Below, piece after piece: positions 1 to 12,667 of a DNA stretch of 64,000 nt. The notes beneath the pieces are model-generated. The model saw only the letters and a program-made list of their open reading frames with translations, was not told the DNA's origin and made no database searches. Positions within the stretch are counted from its first letter, which is position 1. Every line of letters starts with the position of its first letter. Origin of the DNA: Mesotaenium endlicherianum (Eukaryota); assembly GCA_009602735.1 (NCBI GenBank), contig WELA01003365.1, forward strand, positions 195,384 to 259,383, in the 5' to 3' direction. The position numbers were made by a program, and so were the translations under genes.

Positions 1-697
1 ATGCAATCAAGACATTAAACTTGAAGAATGAGCATAGCGTCAGGGGAAGATAGCGTTCAAATTAAATCAGACACTTTCTCTCCAGGAAACAGCGCATCAA
101 CGTCTTCTTTGCCCTCAACTTCTCACCAATACACACGGGATCAGGTACTCAATTCGTTCTCGGTCATTTCTTAAGACATCTGTGTGTCACTCTAAAGATC
201 TATGTGCAACCTTAATCACTATCAATTCCAGGAACTTCAGTTGCCCATCCATGCAGGACGCGCTTGTATAGCTCCCCTCGACTTCAGCCGCTTTTAGTTA
301 TTGTGAGGCGCTTGCTTGAGTGGCAATTGCATGAGTTGGAATCTGTAGGACGCCTTTGACCACGAAGGATTGGATTCTATCAGATTCTCTCTTTATCTGT
401 TCAAGAAAGTGAATTAGGTGACAAGGTTGTGCAATGGAGGCCCTAGGAGCCAGTAAGTACAAAATCATCGTGTACTTCAGCAGTGCTGGTTGCTGCTTCG
501 ATCACGTCACCTTTGTTCGCATGTCAATTCTTGACTATTTTTCACAATAGTTTATTTCTCCTGAATAGGGTGGTAATTTCAAAAGCAGAAAGCTCTTATC
601 GTACGTGATCATATATGACTCTGGGAGGCACAATGCTGATGCACCACTTCTCTTTTGTCAGGCACAAAGCGTGGAAGGTCAGCAAAGACAACAAGGT

Positions 698-1694
698 ATG
701 CAAGATCAACTGGAGATGGAAAGTTCAGGACAGGTTCAGGTGCTGCACGTATGGACCTATGCCATTATTTCTTTGGCACAGAGGCTCGTCACCCTAGCCA
801 AAGGCTTCCCCCAGCCTATTGGAAATTCAGTCCCAGCACTAGAGAGTGTTGCCAAGCGCCTTGCAAGTCCAGTCATCACTCCCATCCACAAGTATGGCCC
901 CAGCTTATTGGATGCGGCTGATGCCAAGGTACATACGTTCCTTCCTAATTGGTCCTTTAAGTTTCTACTAGGCACACCCACGAGAGCGACATGACATGTG
1001 ATGGACACATTCTGAAGCTGACATAGGGAGGGTGTGGTTGTTCCGACGACAGTTGTCATCACTCCTTCATCTTGGCGGTCCTCCAGTGGTGCAGCTGGGG
1101 AAAATCTTTGAGGGCCTGCCCTCCCGAGTGAGCAGGACTGCTGATAAGCTCTACGAGAATTTCTCCACGCCCGGCCGAGGCCTTGTTGGCGCTGTGGCTG
1201 ACACCTGGGTGGAGGTTGAGCCTTCTGTGACGGAGGATGCCCAGGCAGCCATCACTGCTCTGAACAGCATTCCTCTTGTCTGCCTCTCAACACCCCTGCT
1301 AAAGATGGCCATGGCTGCAGCCAGACCTGTCTCCAGCTTGCTTCATAGAGTCAGTCGTGTTGGACCCGAAGTAAGCAAGGAGGAGACGAGGCAAGAGATG
1401 CCCACTGGCAAGGGTGTTGATGGTGATATGGCTGAGGCTGATGAGCAAGTAACCAAGCAGGCTGGTGTAGTAGCAGGGAAGGTGCAAGCTCTTGAGGAGC
1501 CTTATGAAGTGAAAGAGAGCGTAGGCGCTGAGAAAGCGGCACTTAAAGGAAGTGAGAGCAAGCAGCAGCAGCAGCAGCAGGAGATTGAGCCTGAAAAGAA
1601 GGAGAAGGGCAAGGCAAAATGGAAGGGCAAGATTCCAAAGAGGAAGTCCCTCGATGGTTCTGTAGTGTTTGATTTGCTGGAGAAAGGTTGGTGA
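698..1694 (+). CDS. REF/SRPP (rubber elongation factor / lipid-droplet-associated protein, LDAP)-like protein; probable exons 698-928 and 1053-1694
   Basis: Segments 'AIISLAQRLVTLAKGFPQPIGNSVPALESVAKRLASPV...SLLDAADAK' and 'VEPSVTEDAQAAITALNSIPL' follow the pattern of plant REF/SRPP helices, recognised by eye. Donor AAG|GTACAT at 928/929 and in-frame acceptor CAG at 1052. The start codon is uncertain. Confidence 0.6.
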
Positions 1695-2878
1695 AGGTCG
1701 CGCACTTGAGTGGAGGTGTTCCAGCTGCTCAAGGTGACCTGAAGTTGAGTTTGTCTTTATTGTGTTATCGTCTTTCTGTCGGTCCGGCTTCTTGAGGCGT
1801 TTGCCCACCCGTGCCGAACCTGGCTATGAGTTTATGCATGTACAGTTGAAGTGAGGGACGAGAGGAAGTCTATATTTGACTTGTTTTTCTCATCAGTATA
1901 AGTGAAGTCACCAAGGGGAACTGTTGGAATGTGCAATATGGAAGCTCAGGTATGTAGGACTATATATGTGGCTAAGGGGAAGCGTGCCCAGTAATCTGGC
2001 GTGGCCGCATCGTGCTGTACATAGTACAGGTGGCGAGTCGCTGATGGGAAAGTGGTGGTGAGGTGCTGATGGTAAGGGAAAGGTCGGGCAGGTTGTTGGT
2101 AGGTCCTTCAGAGGACATTCTTGGCTGGATAGTGCTCTCATACCATGTATGTATTGTACACTAAAGTGAAAAAGAGTTGGTACGAGGATAGTACTTTTAT
2201 TGATGCAGGGCAATAGAGGAAGGAATACAGGTGCATTCTGCACTGTGATAAGGCTATGAAGGGATGTCCAATGTAGCTAGGTGGCCTTGGTATAGCTGAG
2301 GGCCTCAATAGTCGAGCAATATATAGGAGCATGGGCCATTATTCAAGGAATCGTATCTGGAGACACCTCATGTGTACAGTGAATATAGCATGCAGTATTT
2401 TAAGTAGTCTTTTGAGTTGATTCACTATGTTTGCGCAAGTTGTGCATATCTGTCTGCATGTTTTGGACAGCTAGTGACAACCCAATAAGAGTAGGCCGGC
2501 ATACTTTTCTCTTTAGGTACAAACTCAATCCCTCCTCAACTGCATTACTGCTCACAAGCTACGCATAAATGTTGTAGTACTTCGCGATACTTCACATGTT
2601 CAGAGGAAAAACTTCAGCAGAAAATAATTGTACAATTTAAACTTGTGGTGATAAGCGCAGAAGCCCAAATGGAAAGACTAAGCAATCATTTTTGATCATA
2701 TCGTAAACTTAACTCCTCAGTTAACAGCATATGTAGCTGGAAGAGTTGTGGGCCTATCAACAGATTAGCAAAAAACTTGCGCCTAAGTCCTACAAAGATG
2801 CTGGAAGCATTGCAAAATGTTGTCATATTTGTCCTAGTGCGACATACTACCCGTAAGAGGTGGAACCTCAATGGTGTA

Positions 2879-4250
2879 CTATAAGTGCAAGTACTTAGAA
2901 GTGGAAGCAGCGATTTGCTGACAGCTAAGCCTAACGTCGTCGTCGTCCATGCTGACAGGCCACCACGGCAACTGCGATGTCAGCGACCTACTTCCACCCT
3001 CCCCCAAATGTTGGTCCTTTGGCTCAAACGGCTCTACACTGCTGGCACCTGGGTGAGTGTGCCCTCTAAGTACTACTGTGGTGATACTCCTCCGTCCTTC
3101 CTCACCTGATCTTCCTTGCAACACACGTCCCCCCCCCTGAACCCCACCCTCGGTTCCCTCTTCTGCATGACGCCTCTTCTTTCTTCTGTTGCCGCCGCTT
3201 GCGTCGTCCGCGTCCGGTGTGAGCGAGGGGATTGCTTGGTGGCTGGCCTGCAGGGCGCCCCGCTGCGCCAAGTGTCGACTCTCTGTGCACTCTGCCAGCA
3301 CTGCAGGGCTGCCCGAGAACATCTCGGCCAACAGGCCAGCGTTGAAGCGATAGCGGTCAAGCGCCTCATCCTGGAAGGTTTGTGCCACCTCATCCTCCTC
3401 CTGAAGCTTCCGCAAGCGCCAGGTGTGCGCAGCTGCTGCCTCCTGCAGGCACGCGCGAAGCTCCATTCACTCGGAGGTAAAGTTCAGGCACACTACAGCG
3501 CGGCCAGCACGCAACCACCACGGCTGCAATTGACTCGACAAATTGCACTTCTCGCAGCTGCAGCACCATGCAGCTCGGCAGCCAACACTCTTCTTCCTCT
3601 GCAGCATTTGCACCAGCATTTGCAGCAGCCTCTGCCTGGCCTCAAGTTCCGCCTCTCAAGCAAGATCTTCCAAGTCCGGTTTTACACACACCGATGCAAC
3701 GGCACCACTTCTACTTTCCATGAGATGCGGAGCCGAGAGAAGCATGCGGTTGGCTTCTCGTATGCACAACTTCTTGCTATTTTGGACAGCCTCAAGTCAA
3801 CCAAACCACTGAGAGACAAATACGCGGGCACGCTGGCACATCGGGGGCGAGCGCCAGAGTGAGGGAGCATGCCTGGTCAGGGGGAAATGCAATAAACGAA
3901 GGAATATAGGCATCAAGCAAGGCCGGGACAACACACAGAGCCAGGCAAGAGGGACGGGAGACAGCGGCAAGAGAGGGGGCAAGGGAGGAAGGGAGCACCT
4001 TCTGGTAGGCGAGCACGACCGCACGCAGCGCTCTCAGGCGGGCAGCCTGCCGTTGCTGCTCCAATGCCTGCTCAGCTGCGCCTGCGCCGACTCCTGCTCC
4101 TGCTCCTGTGCTTGCGCTCGCTCCTACTCCTGCTAGTGCAGGTGCAGGTGCAGCCTCTGGTGTGTCCAGATGCGCCCCCGCATTGTACATGCCAGCTACA
4201 GGTGGCGCCATCTGAGTGATCTGAGCTGGCGCTGCAGGCACTGGAGACCC
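2879..4250 (-). CDS. Uncharacterised plant-type protein, partial model (exons ~3999-4250 and 3442 downward)
   Basis: An in-frame GT-AG splice (intron 3443-3998) gives 'LAYQK|EAAAAHTWRLRKLQEEDEVAQTFQDEALDRYRFNAGLLAEMFS'. This resembles a conserved block (W-R-x-x-K-L...E-A-x-D-R-Y-x-x-N...E-x-F-S) that I recall from uncharacterised land-plant proteins. Upstream exons and the true 3' end are unresolved. Confidence 0.4.
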
Positions 4251-4673
4251 CTGACGTGCAAAGGCTGTCCCGCTGGTCTTGGGCGGCTGCCTGCGAGCAC
4301 AGGTAATTTAAAAGGAGGGCTTATTCGCAACACTCTTCTCACCCTTTGCTTTCTGTGTCAAGCTGGCAGTGAATCTTACTCGGCTCCGGTTATTTAGGAC
4401 TATCTTCATAGCTTCAACGTTTGCCGCAGCTGCAGCCAATAACAGGTGGTGCTAAAAATAATCTTGCGTAGCATGCATGCTAGCATGCTCCAAACCTCAT
4501 GTCAAATAAGTCGTATAAGCCTCCAGTGGCACACGTTCGTGAAAGGTGTGACAGCAGCTTCTCGAGGGGCTCTCCTCCCAAATATAAACATAAGCATATT
4601 GAGTGCACCTTACTATACACCAAAAGCGTCTTTATAGAGTCAGCACCAACGCAATGCCGATAGCGGCTTCGAA

Positions 4674-4845
4674 GTGTGTCTGTACGTGTGTGTGAGAGAA
4701 AGAGCGAGGTGGGGGACAGGAGCGGGAGAGGAAGAGAGGCAGCTCAGGCGAGAGAGGGACAGAGAGAGGGAGAGGGGGAGCGGGAGAGAGAAAGAGAGGA
4801 GAGAGAGACACACACACACACAGAGAGGGGGGCGGGGGGAGATGG
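4674..4845. repeat. GA/CA-rich microsatellite-like tract
   Basis: Runs of gagaga, cacaca and gtgtgt. Confidence 0.85.
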
Positions 4846-6474
4846 AAGGGCGGGGGCCTACGAAGTGGTGACACCATGAGAGTGTGCAGTTGTAGAGGCC
4901 CAATTCTTGTAGACTGCCGGTACAGCCCCACCCGCCTGCTGGCCCAGATACTGCGGGACTGAGTGAGGCCCCAGGGGTGAGGCTTGAGGGGCTGCAATAT
5001 AAACAAAAACGTGAACTTTCAGGCATCCGGTGCATGAGGTTCATGGACTACAAGGTTTGTCGAGCTCATAATTTTCCGAGAGCCGAAAATTGCAATAGAG
5101 TAAGACAAAGGGCTACTGGCACTCAAGTTGCTCCTATTTCGAAAAAACAGTGTCATCATATTGATAGAGGATGTTGAGGCATCAGAAGAGGAGGACAGCA
5201 ATGTGAACTTAAGGGTCTACTTACGCGGCAAGGATGTTGCTTGCATCCCCCTTCTTGATACAGGGCACCTAGTGATGGAATCTGCAATTCTTGATGTATT
5301 GAGTGGGAGCCTTGCATATGTATGTTCCAAATTGCACCTTGCTGTAAGTGTTATACGTAAACGCGATATGTATAAGAGTAAGCCCGCGTCATAGGCTTGA
5401 AAAGGACTCCCAGAATCTTGAGCAGGCAGTATGCTACAAACGCGGAAATGAAACTACCCCCCACAAGGTTCATGCATGTGGTCGATTAAACTCTTATAAA
5501 AACAGATAGAAGATTTGTCCTCGTACCACCTGTGGACGTGCACAGCCATATTATTTCACTCAATCCTCTAAGCGGGTGACTTCTAGGCTATCTAATTAGG
5601 GTAAAGTTAGACACTACATATAATCGCAGTCGCTTTCTTCATCAATCTCGTCCAGAATGTTGAAACAATACTCTCAGTAGGCTGCACACGTCCTCCCTAA
5701 ACTACAGGAAGCGCAAAAATCCCCCAAGGACACATCCCCCAACATGAGACCCTAACCCATCTCATCGAACTCTCTCGCGTTGCGTCGCGTAAAGAAACCC
5801 ACTTCCTTGCGATGAGAGAACACGAGTGGAGAGGAAGAAATACTTACACTTCACAACAATGACAGTTAGTACCACCAATACCAGTAGTGGTGCTGGTGGC
5901 CCATTTGTGACATGTTTGGACGTGACAAACTGAACGCTTCGAACGGCGTCCGACACCACGTGAGCTTGCACTGTACCGAACGGTTACCAGCCAGACATTT
6001 GGCTCGTGTCCAGTCGTTTCTCGCAGGCGCTACTCCGGACCTGTTAGGCTACCTCACCCTGACCTCCATCCGTACCTTCGCGCAAAATTCGAATTCAACT
6101 TCTGCACTGAAAGCTCTCGTGCCTCGTAAGTGTATTTTAATTTGAATGACAATGATTTCCGACCCCAATGCCGACCAAGTTCCGACCACTCTCCGACATT
6201 GCAACCTTTCTGTAAATTCTCTCTTTGCCACTCTTGCCACTCTAGCTTGCCAAGGTGCCGATTTTTGCGTTGAGGTGTCCCACTAACACTCGCGTTTGAC
6301 GAAGTTGTCGCTTATTTTGCGCGCAGGAAGGTCCCACAACCTAGTGCAAGCTCATCACCTTAACAAGGCGAGGGACAGCTGATATTACATTAGCGAGTGT
6401 CTTGACACTTTCCTTGGAGTCCTGCAGACGAGTTATTGTGGCAAGTCCGCCTGACTATCTAGATCTGAGCCAGG

Positions 6475-7969
6475 ATGGAGTGCAGACCTATGCTCGCTGC
6501 TAGCGTACTCCTGGTAGTGTTCTTGTCGTTCTCTAATCCGGCAGATGCCGTTGTGTACCGCAATGGCCACTTTGAGCTGGTGCATGTTGTGAGGGGTATT
6601 CAAGCTGCCCAGAAGAAGTACAAGACCAGCTACAACATCTTCTTGAACTACATCAATAAAGCCGGTAATGTTGTAGTGATTGCAATCTATGATCGTGGGG
6701 ATCGTTTTGGTTTTTAATAACTATCTTGGAAATTATTGCGGTCCTTTGGTTGGCTCGGAAGGTGTCACTTGAAGGTCGCATGTTGCTGAGCTGACTGGGG
6801 CAGTTGAAAGCAAGGGATTGCTAACAATGATAGCAGCTGGGGTTACCTGCGCTTAAGCATGAGTTTGAAAGACTACCTTTTGGTGATTTGAACATCTTTT
6901 TGTAATATGTATCGAGCTGGCGTTGGATGGAGGTTAATCGTATAGCTGCCTTCTTGACACTGGATACCGTACATGCCTCAAAGAGCAATGTTTCATATTG
7001 GCTTTCTAACATAAGTTGCTCTTTCCTGTTCAGGTTTAATCAAGCCTCTTGAGAACTTGTTTGCCACCACAAACACAGGAGTTACACTCCTTGTTCCGTC
7101 TGACGCCTCTTTCAGGAAACTATCACCTGCTGTGAAGGTGCGAACTCTGAATTTGCTTTGTGCCTGGGGGTCGAACCTGTTTGGACCTGCTAATCAAGAT
7201 GTTCGAACATGGTGGAAGGGGGGGTGTTTCTGTTTTTGGATGGAAGTTAATTTGAACTTACCTTTTCAATGTGGCTTGGTGCTGGGAGATATTGCAGACA
7301 GACGTTCTTATCTAATTTTCAGAGAGGAAGTAAAGTAGTTCAGTAGAGTGAGCAGAAGATGGAAAATCTCAAGTGATATATTACAGTCTAAGTTGAGGAC
7401 TTTGCACTGAATTGCGACTTGATCTTGCTTGATAGGGTCCATTACAAACTGGTCTTGGAGACAAAGGTTCTATCTCTGCATTGTTGTGGACTGCTTGGGT
7501 GCCGCCCAGATAAATTTTGTGAACTTTGACCTGTGGAAGAGTTACAGTTGCAGCTTCTTGGTCAGCTCAATTACTGCGCTTAGCGTCACTACTACAGTTT
7601 AAGCATGCAGCTGTATAATCATCATGCCTCATTATGTCTTTGGTGTAAATTGGTTTGGGCCCTCTTGAGGTGCAGGCAAAGTTGGCAAGGAACCCCGCCA
7701 TACTCAAGTATGTGATGCAGTACCACATCATCCTCCGTGAGTACCCCTGGAGTGTGTTCCTGAAGCAGGCTCCGGGCAAGTCCTTTAAGACCATGAATGG
7801 CAAGTTTGTGCAGAAGTGGACAGGGTTCCCCAAGACTCAGGTCATTCTTGGTCCCGTCGGAGCTAAGAATGCCTTCCAGCTGTGCAAGATCTCCCGTGTG
7901 AGCATCGCCATTGACACCGTGGTTGCCGTCCACGAGATCAACAAGGTGTTCCTTCCTCCTAATGTGTAG
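6475..7969 (+). CDS. Secreted single fasciclin (FAS1)-domain protein; exons 6475-6664, 7034-7137, 7676-7969
   Basis: Hydrophobic signal peptide (MECRPMLAASVLLVVFLSFSNPADA). FAS1 H1 'VTLLVPSDASF', 'QYHII' and H2 'VAVHEINKVFLP' are joined in frame by two GT-AG introns. Confidence 0.85.
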
Positions 7970-8613
7970 TCATCTGCAGGCAGGGTCGAGGCAGAGTCTA
8001 ATGAGTGAGGCCTTTAATTTATACCATTGGTGGATATGTGAATTGAGTCGTGACTGTTGGCCCATGCATACCTCCAAGTACAATATTAGGACCAACTTAG
8101 CGTGCCATTTTGAGGTCATAATTTTTCTTGTAGATGGTGTAGGTCATAGCACTTTGGGCCTGGCCTACTTTGGGAATAAGGCTTGGTTTGTTTTCAACTC
8201 TTATGTCAATTGTGCCGTGGATAGATCTATGTATTCAGATCCAAATTCGATGGTCACTTTTTTCCTCTCTACTGATTCAACAAGATAGATGCAAATTATA
8301 CAGAATAATGTTCTAAAATTCTAGGTCTTAGTTCGTAGTCAAAAGGAAACTTAGTGATGGTCAGTTTTCTCACAACAACTTTGACAAAAGAAAAGTACAC
8401 GTTATTTGAGCAATTCAAGGCTGTAGTGAAATATTGCTGAACTTGCACCCTGCAACTTATAATCATCTGTGTTCAAATGCTAGTCTGCTCTCGTGCTCTC
8501 TTGTACAACGAAAAACCAAGATTCAAGTATATCAATAGATTAGTCATGATGAATATCTCTCTCATTCGTGTGCGTATGTCATTTCAGCACTTCGTGTCAT
8601 TGTTCACTTTGTG

Positions 8614-8666
8614 TTGTAAAATGTGATGAAAACAATGTGAGTTCATGTTTTCATCACATTTTACAA
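8614..8666. repeat. Perfect 21-bp inverted repeat with 11-nt loop
   Basis: ttgtaaaatgtgatgaaaaca / tgttttcatcacattttacaa. Confidence 0.95.
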
Positions 8667-8819
8667 GAATCAGCCTGCTGATCACCTAAGTGGCTGCTTG
8701 CAAGAATACAAATTTGACTGACAGTTTAAAGTGCCTCAAGTAGGGAGAATAAAAATTAGAAACATTAAGGGGCATTCAATTTTGAGCAATAGACGAATTG
8801 AAGGTTTGCGACATGAAAT

Positions 8820-9360
8820 GTCGCAAACCAAAGTTTGACAAGTGTTCAAATTTTGATTGTTTTCACATATGTTGTCTCATCGACAAACGAAACCCTCAAA
8901 TGGCCCTTCTTTGAAAAGAAGCCTCATTGCAGCAGGAAGGTAGCTGCTACGCAGACCCACCCACCCACCCCTCTAAACCTCCACTCCACTGGGAGGTGCA
9001 CGAGGCAGGCAACGAAGTTGGTGGCGATAGTTTTTTAGCCATGCACAATAGTGTGGTTGCTGTTGTTAGTGTTGCAATATGTTATGTCCATTGGCAGTAA
9101 CCAACGGCGGCGATTCGACAGACAACCTCAACACAGCAAGAATGCAGTTGCCAATCCATAAGTGTTGTTTAGGAGTTGGAATATAATTGTCTTGACATTT
9201 TTGTATTGTTTTTAGTAGTACAAATAAGCGAAGCAGCATGTAGGAAAGGACTAGACAAGAACAGACGACGCGCAATTGTTGCATACTAATACTCCTACTA
9301 TTCTTTCTAATATCACCTTCTTTCTTTCGAAATCAGGCAATTTGAACACAAATTGTCAAA
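8820..9360 (+). repeat. Dispersed non-coding repeat R, copy 1
   Basis: Colinear similarity to 38985-39535 (+) and, for its first ~130 bp, to 30375-30512 (-). Shared strings include gtttgacaagtg, tcgacaaac, cattgcagcagga, gtagctgctac and ccactgggaggtgcacgag. Confidence 0.8.
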
Positions 9361-9465
9361 TTACCTTGTACTCTGAAGATATTATGGTTTTGACAATTTG
9401 TGTTCAAATTGCCTGATTTTGAAAGAAAGTGATTTAGAAAAGAAGAGTAGGAGTAGTAGTATGCA
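9280..9465. repeat. Long fold-back (~80-bp imperfect arms, ~27-nt loop)
   Basis: The core aaatcaggcaatttgaacacaaattgtcaaa pairs perfectly with tttgacaatttgtgttcaaattgcctgattt. The outer arms tgcatactaatactcctact / agtaggagtagtagtatgca also pair. Confidence 0.9.
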
Positions 9466-11162
9466 TCGCTCACGAAGTCACCTATGACCCAACACACGAT
9501 AGAGCATAACCGATGTTGATCTTGGCCACATTACACTTCACTTGTCGAGATTGACAATCCTCCAGTCTCATGCTCCGCAACCGCAGCATATGGGTATGCT
9601 ATGCGTGCACCGGCAACAAGCTGGTATGGCACATGCGTGCACCCTTGTGACATCTCGTTGCAGCAACTCAGTGCGTGACAATCCAACTCCAGAGGAGTGA
9701 CCCCACTTGTGCTCCCACTGCCAGTGCCTAGGTAGCCTGCAGGAAATTTTACATGCATATTCGCGCCAGTGCGCGTGAGTTCGGCCTTGGGAAAAGCCCC
9801 CTGCCAGCGCTCATCTTGCCTCTAGCAATCGGGCATACAAAACGCCAATGCGCGAGGGGCAACACACCAAAAAAAAGACCAGCAACAAAGCCAATGCTCA
9901 ATGAGAGCGACCCCCCATTCATGCCTGCCCAGCTTGCCAGCGCCTAGGTGGCCTGCAGGGGCTTTCTTTCACCCAAACGCACATCCGTATGTGCGGTGTA
10001 CATCCCTCGATGTGAGGGACATGCATCCTCCTCATACTAACATGCCACCAAGCAAACTAGCATGATGGAACCAAAGAACATAAGCCCATGACAAATAATA
10101 GGTACGAAGTCTTCATGAATGCAGAACAACAACAAAGACCAAGTCAACAACAAGCAACCAAGCAATATAAACGGATAATTACACAATAATTTTCTTGAAG
10201 GCTTAGACCTAATACAACAACCTACACCCACATATTTATGCCCGAACAACGTGAGCATAAACAACCAACTGTCCAGGGGGCCTAGGTGGCCAACAAAAAA
10301 TTAGTAAGAATTTTCCAACAAATTAATAACCACAATTTTAGAAAGATTCCGAGAAGCCCAGGTGGCCAACAAATTCGACAACAACTCACCACCAGATATT
10401 AGCAACAATTTTTTGAAATGTCCACGTAGGTTGCAAGGGACAAATTGCCCTAGTAGAAGCGTAGTGACTCACGAGGAAAGGAACTAGTTGCAATCATACT
10501 AAAGAGTGCAGCAACATATTGCTAAGAAAGCTTAGGAAAATTATTTGACATTTTGGGTGGCAAGAAACTGCTCACAAATGAACTAGGAAGGAAGGCCTTG
10601 TCATTACAAACCCGTAGAAATTTACAGAAGTGAAAATTGATAAGAAACAAAGAAGTTATGCCTATTTATAATTTTCTGCCTGAGTGCTCCTCTCTAGGAG
10701 GAAGCTACGGAATTTCCTGAGTGTTCGTCAAATCGTCCCTTCCAGAATATTCGTGAGTAAGCCAGATCAGTCTAATCTGACGTGGCGGGCCGGATTGACA
10801 TCCACCTACATACATCGATATTAATAGAATATTCTATCTTAGACGCGCTAGGCTAAACTGAAACTTCTAGGTAAATCGACCTAGTCGGCACTCCGCGTCA
10901 GCCGAACTTACGTGAAGGTTTGAGTTCATTCTAACGGGCCAGATTGCTCGACGCTGTCGGTCGATCCGACGGTCGCGCTCACAGCGAATTAAGGACAGTC
11001 GTCAACCGACCTCAAAACTAATTAAACTTCGGAAATCCATAACTCTCTCAATACTTGACCAAATTCGATGAACTTTATATCAAAATGACCACAAAAATGC
11101 ATTCTACACAACTATTTGATCAAATTATACTTTCATGAAACTCAAAAATGCACTTTATAAGC

Positions 11163-11859
11163 CTATGACCTTACATCATCCCCCTCCTCAAGATGCGACG
11201 TCCTCGACGCATTCTGCAAATAACGTCTCATCTTACTCTTACAATGAGTCAAGTTGGCCTCTGGCTCCCAAGTATTGTCGTCCGCATGGTAGCCTTTCCA
11301 CTTGATCAGATACTCTTGGACAAATCGTTGACCTCGCTTGACTCGTCGATCGCCGACAATCGCCTCCGCTTCATACTCCAATACATCATCGATCTCGACC
11401 GGTGGTGGCGGTGTAGGTAGTCGTCCTGGATGTCCTTCATTCGGGTCAACGTATGGCCGCAGACAACTGACATGGAACACATCATGGATACGCCAGCCTG
11501 AAGGAAGTTCCAACTTGTAGGCCACTGGATTCACCTGCTTGAGCACTACAAAGGGACCTGTAAACCGTGCCCGCAGTTTCCTCTTGCCTGTGAAAGGTAG
11601 GTTCTCTGTGGACAAGAGTACTTTGTCGCCCACATGGAATGTCACTTCCCTCCTGTGCTTGTTAGCATGCTTGACCTGCTCTTCCTGTGCCTTCCGAATA
11701 CACGTCTTCGCCATATCCCAAGTCTTGGCCATCTGCTCCATAAAAGCTTGTGTAGTAGGAACCTAAGTCTCCTTGGCCTTCTCCAACAAGATGTTCCGTG
11801 GATGATATACTTCTCGCCCATAAACCATAGCGAATGGTGACTGCTTGGTGGATCCCTGC
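11163..11859 (-). pseudogene. pol: Family C pol C-terminus (integrase end, GPF motif, chromodomain)
   Basis: 'ARFTGPFVVLKQVNPVAYKLELP...HDVFHVS...EYEAEAIV...YLIKWKGY...NTWEP'; one upstream stop. Confidence 0.9.
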
Positions 11860-12582
11860 TGAAATGAATCGACTTACCAGATAGGCAATTAACAATTAAT
11901 AAAGATCTTTATATCAGCAACTAATCATTATGGTATTTTTCGTTAACTGGTGTAACGGCAGAGGACAACACACTAGCAGTGAATAATACTCGTAAGTCAA
12001 ATGTGAGTAAACTAGCATCAAATAATGCAAATCAGTAAACTCATACATAAGCAAGGTTAGAAGACAGTGCGTATCAATGGCTTCTCGCCTTGGATTCAGA
12101 TCACTCTCAGTAAGCTTGTACAAGAGAGTTGGCCTCGTTTCCGAATGCCGAATTCGAGAGCAATGCCTAGCATATGTACATGGAATGAGTTTACTGTTCA
12201 ACGGTCAGTGCGATGGCACCGCCTACCCGGGAGTTAACCACGTTGGTAGGACCTCGGTTAACCAAATCCACCGCCATCTCCCATCATCCCGAATCGCCAT
12301 CCATCCTGAGGATGTCATTTGGCCTTTCATCTAGCATACCACACTTAGATGCATCTCGAGGCAGTTCGCTGCTACCGAGTACGGAAGTCAGATGACTGTC
12401 AAAGAATGTGTCAGCAAGCTGACTTAAGTTGACTTCAGCCTGTTGCTTTCGGCCGAGTCATCAAACTGATATTAGATATGAAGTCCAGCAGACTGATTAT
12501 TAACTAGAGTTCAGCAAGCTGAACTCATTTAACTATTATATTTAAATGAATATTGTATCAACTAATATATTGATTCATTACA
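11860..12582 (-). repeat. A1 3' LTR
   Basis: TGTAATGAATC...GATTCATTTCA termini on the minus strand. Confidence 0.95.
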
Positions 12583-12667
12583 ATCCCTTCAACTTATCAT
12601 GTTGTCGCCTCGACAACACTGACACTAATTACAGCGTGCTGTCCCTTTCGGCCCCATCCTACTGCCA

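Noticed and set aside
3116..3862. 248-aa plus-strand ORF
   Set aside because: It is the antisense shadow of the GC-rich minus-strand gene and has no recognisable motifs.
4632..5044. ORFs across the GA/CA tract
   Set aside because: Low-complexity translation of a microsatellite.
9700..10590. Recurrent cctaggtggcc-like motifs (also near 29320-29430) as DNA-transposon subterminal repeats
   Set aside because: I could not identify TIRs, a TSD or a transposase, so this is too weak to call.
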